From contig CAYFXC010000010.1 of the NCBI GenBank assembly GCA_964347045.1, positions 1 to 17,301 of the forward strand: DNA of 17,301 nucleotides. The letters are read 5' to 3'. The notes under the pieces are model-generated. The model saw only the letters and a program-made list of their open reading frames with translations, made no database searches and was not told where the DNA came from. Source of the DNA: an uncultured archaeon. GTDB taxonomy: Archaea > Asgardarchaeota > Hermodarchaeia > Hermodarchaeales > Hermodarchaeaceae. Position numbers and translations under genes: made by a program. This document shows positions 16,465 through 17,301 of this stretch, in pieces (within the stretch, counting starts at the first letter, position 1; each line of letters begins with the position of its first letter).

Positions 16465-17301
16465 ATGTCAAAAGCAGATGTATTCTATGTAGATAGAACT
16501 GTGTGGCCACAGTATTCCATGCTTGATAAACTTGAGGTCCTGTGGGAGAAAATCGGGCTTAAAGAGATGATTAAAGAAGATGACCGAGTAGTTATCAAAA
16601 CCCATTTTGGAGCTTATGGCAACCTCATGTATATGCGACCCGCCTTACTCCGAAAAGTCGTGGACTTGGTAAAAGCCCAGAAAGGTTGGCCTATCCTAGC
16701 AGAAACTGCAGGATTAGGATATGGTGTTGGGTTATATGGTGGGCGTACAACCTCAGCTGAGTACTTTAAAATGGCAGCTGCAAACGGTTACACCATTGGT
16801 ACAATGGGAGCACCCATAGTTTTGCTTGACGGATATTGGGGAGCTGACACTTTCACTGTCCCCATTAAAGGGAAACATCTCGAGAAGGTTGAAGTTGCTA
16901 TGGCTTTACGTGATGCCGATATCGTTATTGTGATGACCCATTTCAAAGGACATGGAGGAACGGGTATGGGAGGAACGTTGAAGAATTTAGGAATAGGTTG
17001 CGTGGGTAAATTTAGTAAGACAATGATGCATGGCCCAGATAATCCGATTGTCAATGCTACCGAGTGTAAAGGTCCTGAATGTGGGAAGTGTATTCGCGTA
17101 TGTCCCACGCGGTGTATCACTGTAGATCCCAAGTTGAAAATTAACTATGAACGATGTATTCATTGTATTCATTGTGTTTCAGCGTGTCGTCAAGCTGAGT
17201 CTAAAGCAATTACTGCAAAATGGGGTGAAAACCCCCCGGCTAGCACTGAACGGATGATTGAGAATGCATATGGCGTAGTGGAAGGAGTTGGTCGTAACAG
17301 A
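16465..17301 (+). CDS. DUF362-family Fe-S protein with an inserted 2x[4Fe-4S] ferredoxin domain (3' truncated by the window; not in the ORF track)
   Basis: Manual translation MSKADVFY...VIKTHFG...GAPIVLLDG...THFKGH...GGTLKNLGIGC...CKGPECGKCIRVCP...CIHCIHCVSAC, open to the window end. GAGGT SD at 16452-16456; alternative ATG at 16459. Confidence 0.9.
   Translation, partial: MSKADVFYVDRTVWPQYSMLDKLEVLWEKIGLKEMIKEDDRVVIKTHFGAYGNLMYMRPALLRKVVDLVKAQKGWPILAETAGLGYGVGLYGGRTTSAEYFKMAAANGYTIGTMGAPIVLLDGYWGADTFTVPIKGKHLEKVEVAMALRDADIVIVMTHFKGHGGTGMGGTLKNLGIGCVGKFSKTMMHGPDNPIVNATECKGPECGKCIRVCPTRCITVDPKLKINYERCIHCIHCVSACRQAESKAITAKWGENPPASTERMIENAYGVVEGVGRNR

Noticed and set aside
16788-17172. Minus-strand track ORFs of 114 and 61 aa
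   Set aside because: Antisense shadows of the DUF362 CDS.
17155-17175. Tandem TGTATTCAT repeat
   Set aside because: It simply encodes CIHCIHC of the ferredoxin motif.

Overview
A gene-dense chromosomal window (~42% GC by eye) that reads as archaeal: GGAGG/GGTGA Shine-Dalgarno (SD) motifs, TATA-like boxes, a TM-anchored rather than lipoprotein binding protein, and sequon-rich surface proteins. An Asgard-type lineage is plausible but is only inference. From left to right it holds a GH35/GH42-like glycosidase coupled to a hypothetical protein, a membrane-anchored caspase-like (clan CD) peptidase, a GH38 alpha-mannosidase, an 83-aa orphan with a structured 3' tail, a surface-anchored two-HKD phospholipase D-family enzyme, a 160-aa hypothetical, a four-gene BMP/CUT2-type nucleoside ABC transporter, a metallophosphoesterase, and a DUF362 Fe-S protein cut off by the window end. 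Three notable items are absent from the ORF track. (1) A stand-alone 55-aa C4HC3 PHD/RING-variant zinc-finger gene lies at 9671..9838 (-). (2) The transporter has a ~90-nt leader with mutually exclusive pairings around its SD, a riboswitch-like candidate. (3) The ABC ATPase appears to start at ATA. No mobile element, CRISPR array, tRNA or rRNA was recognised.
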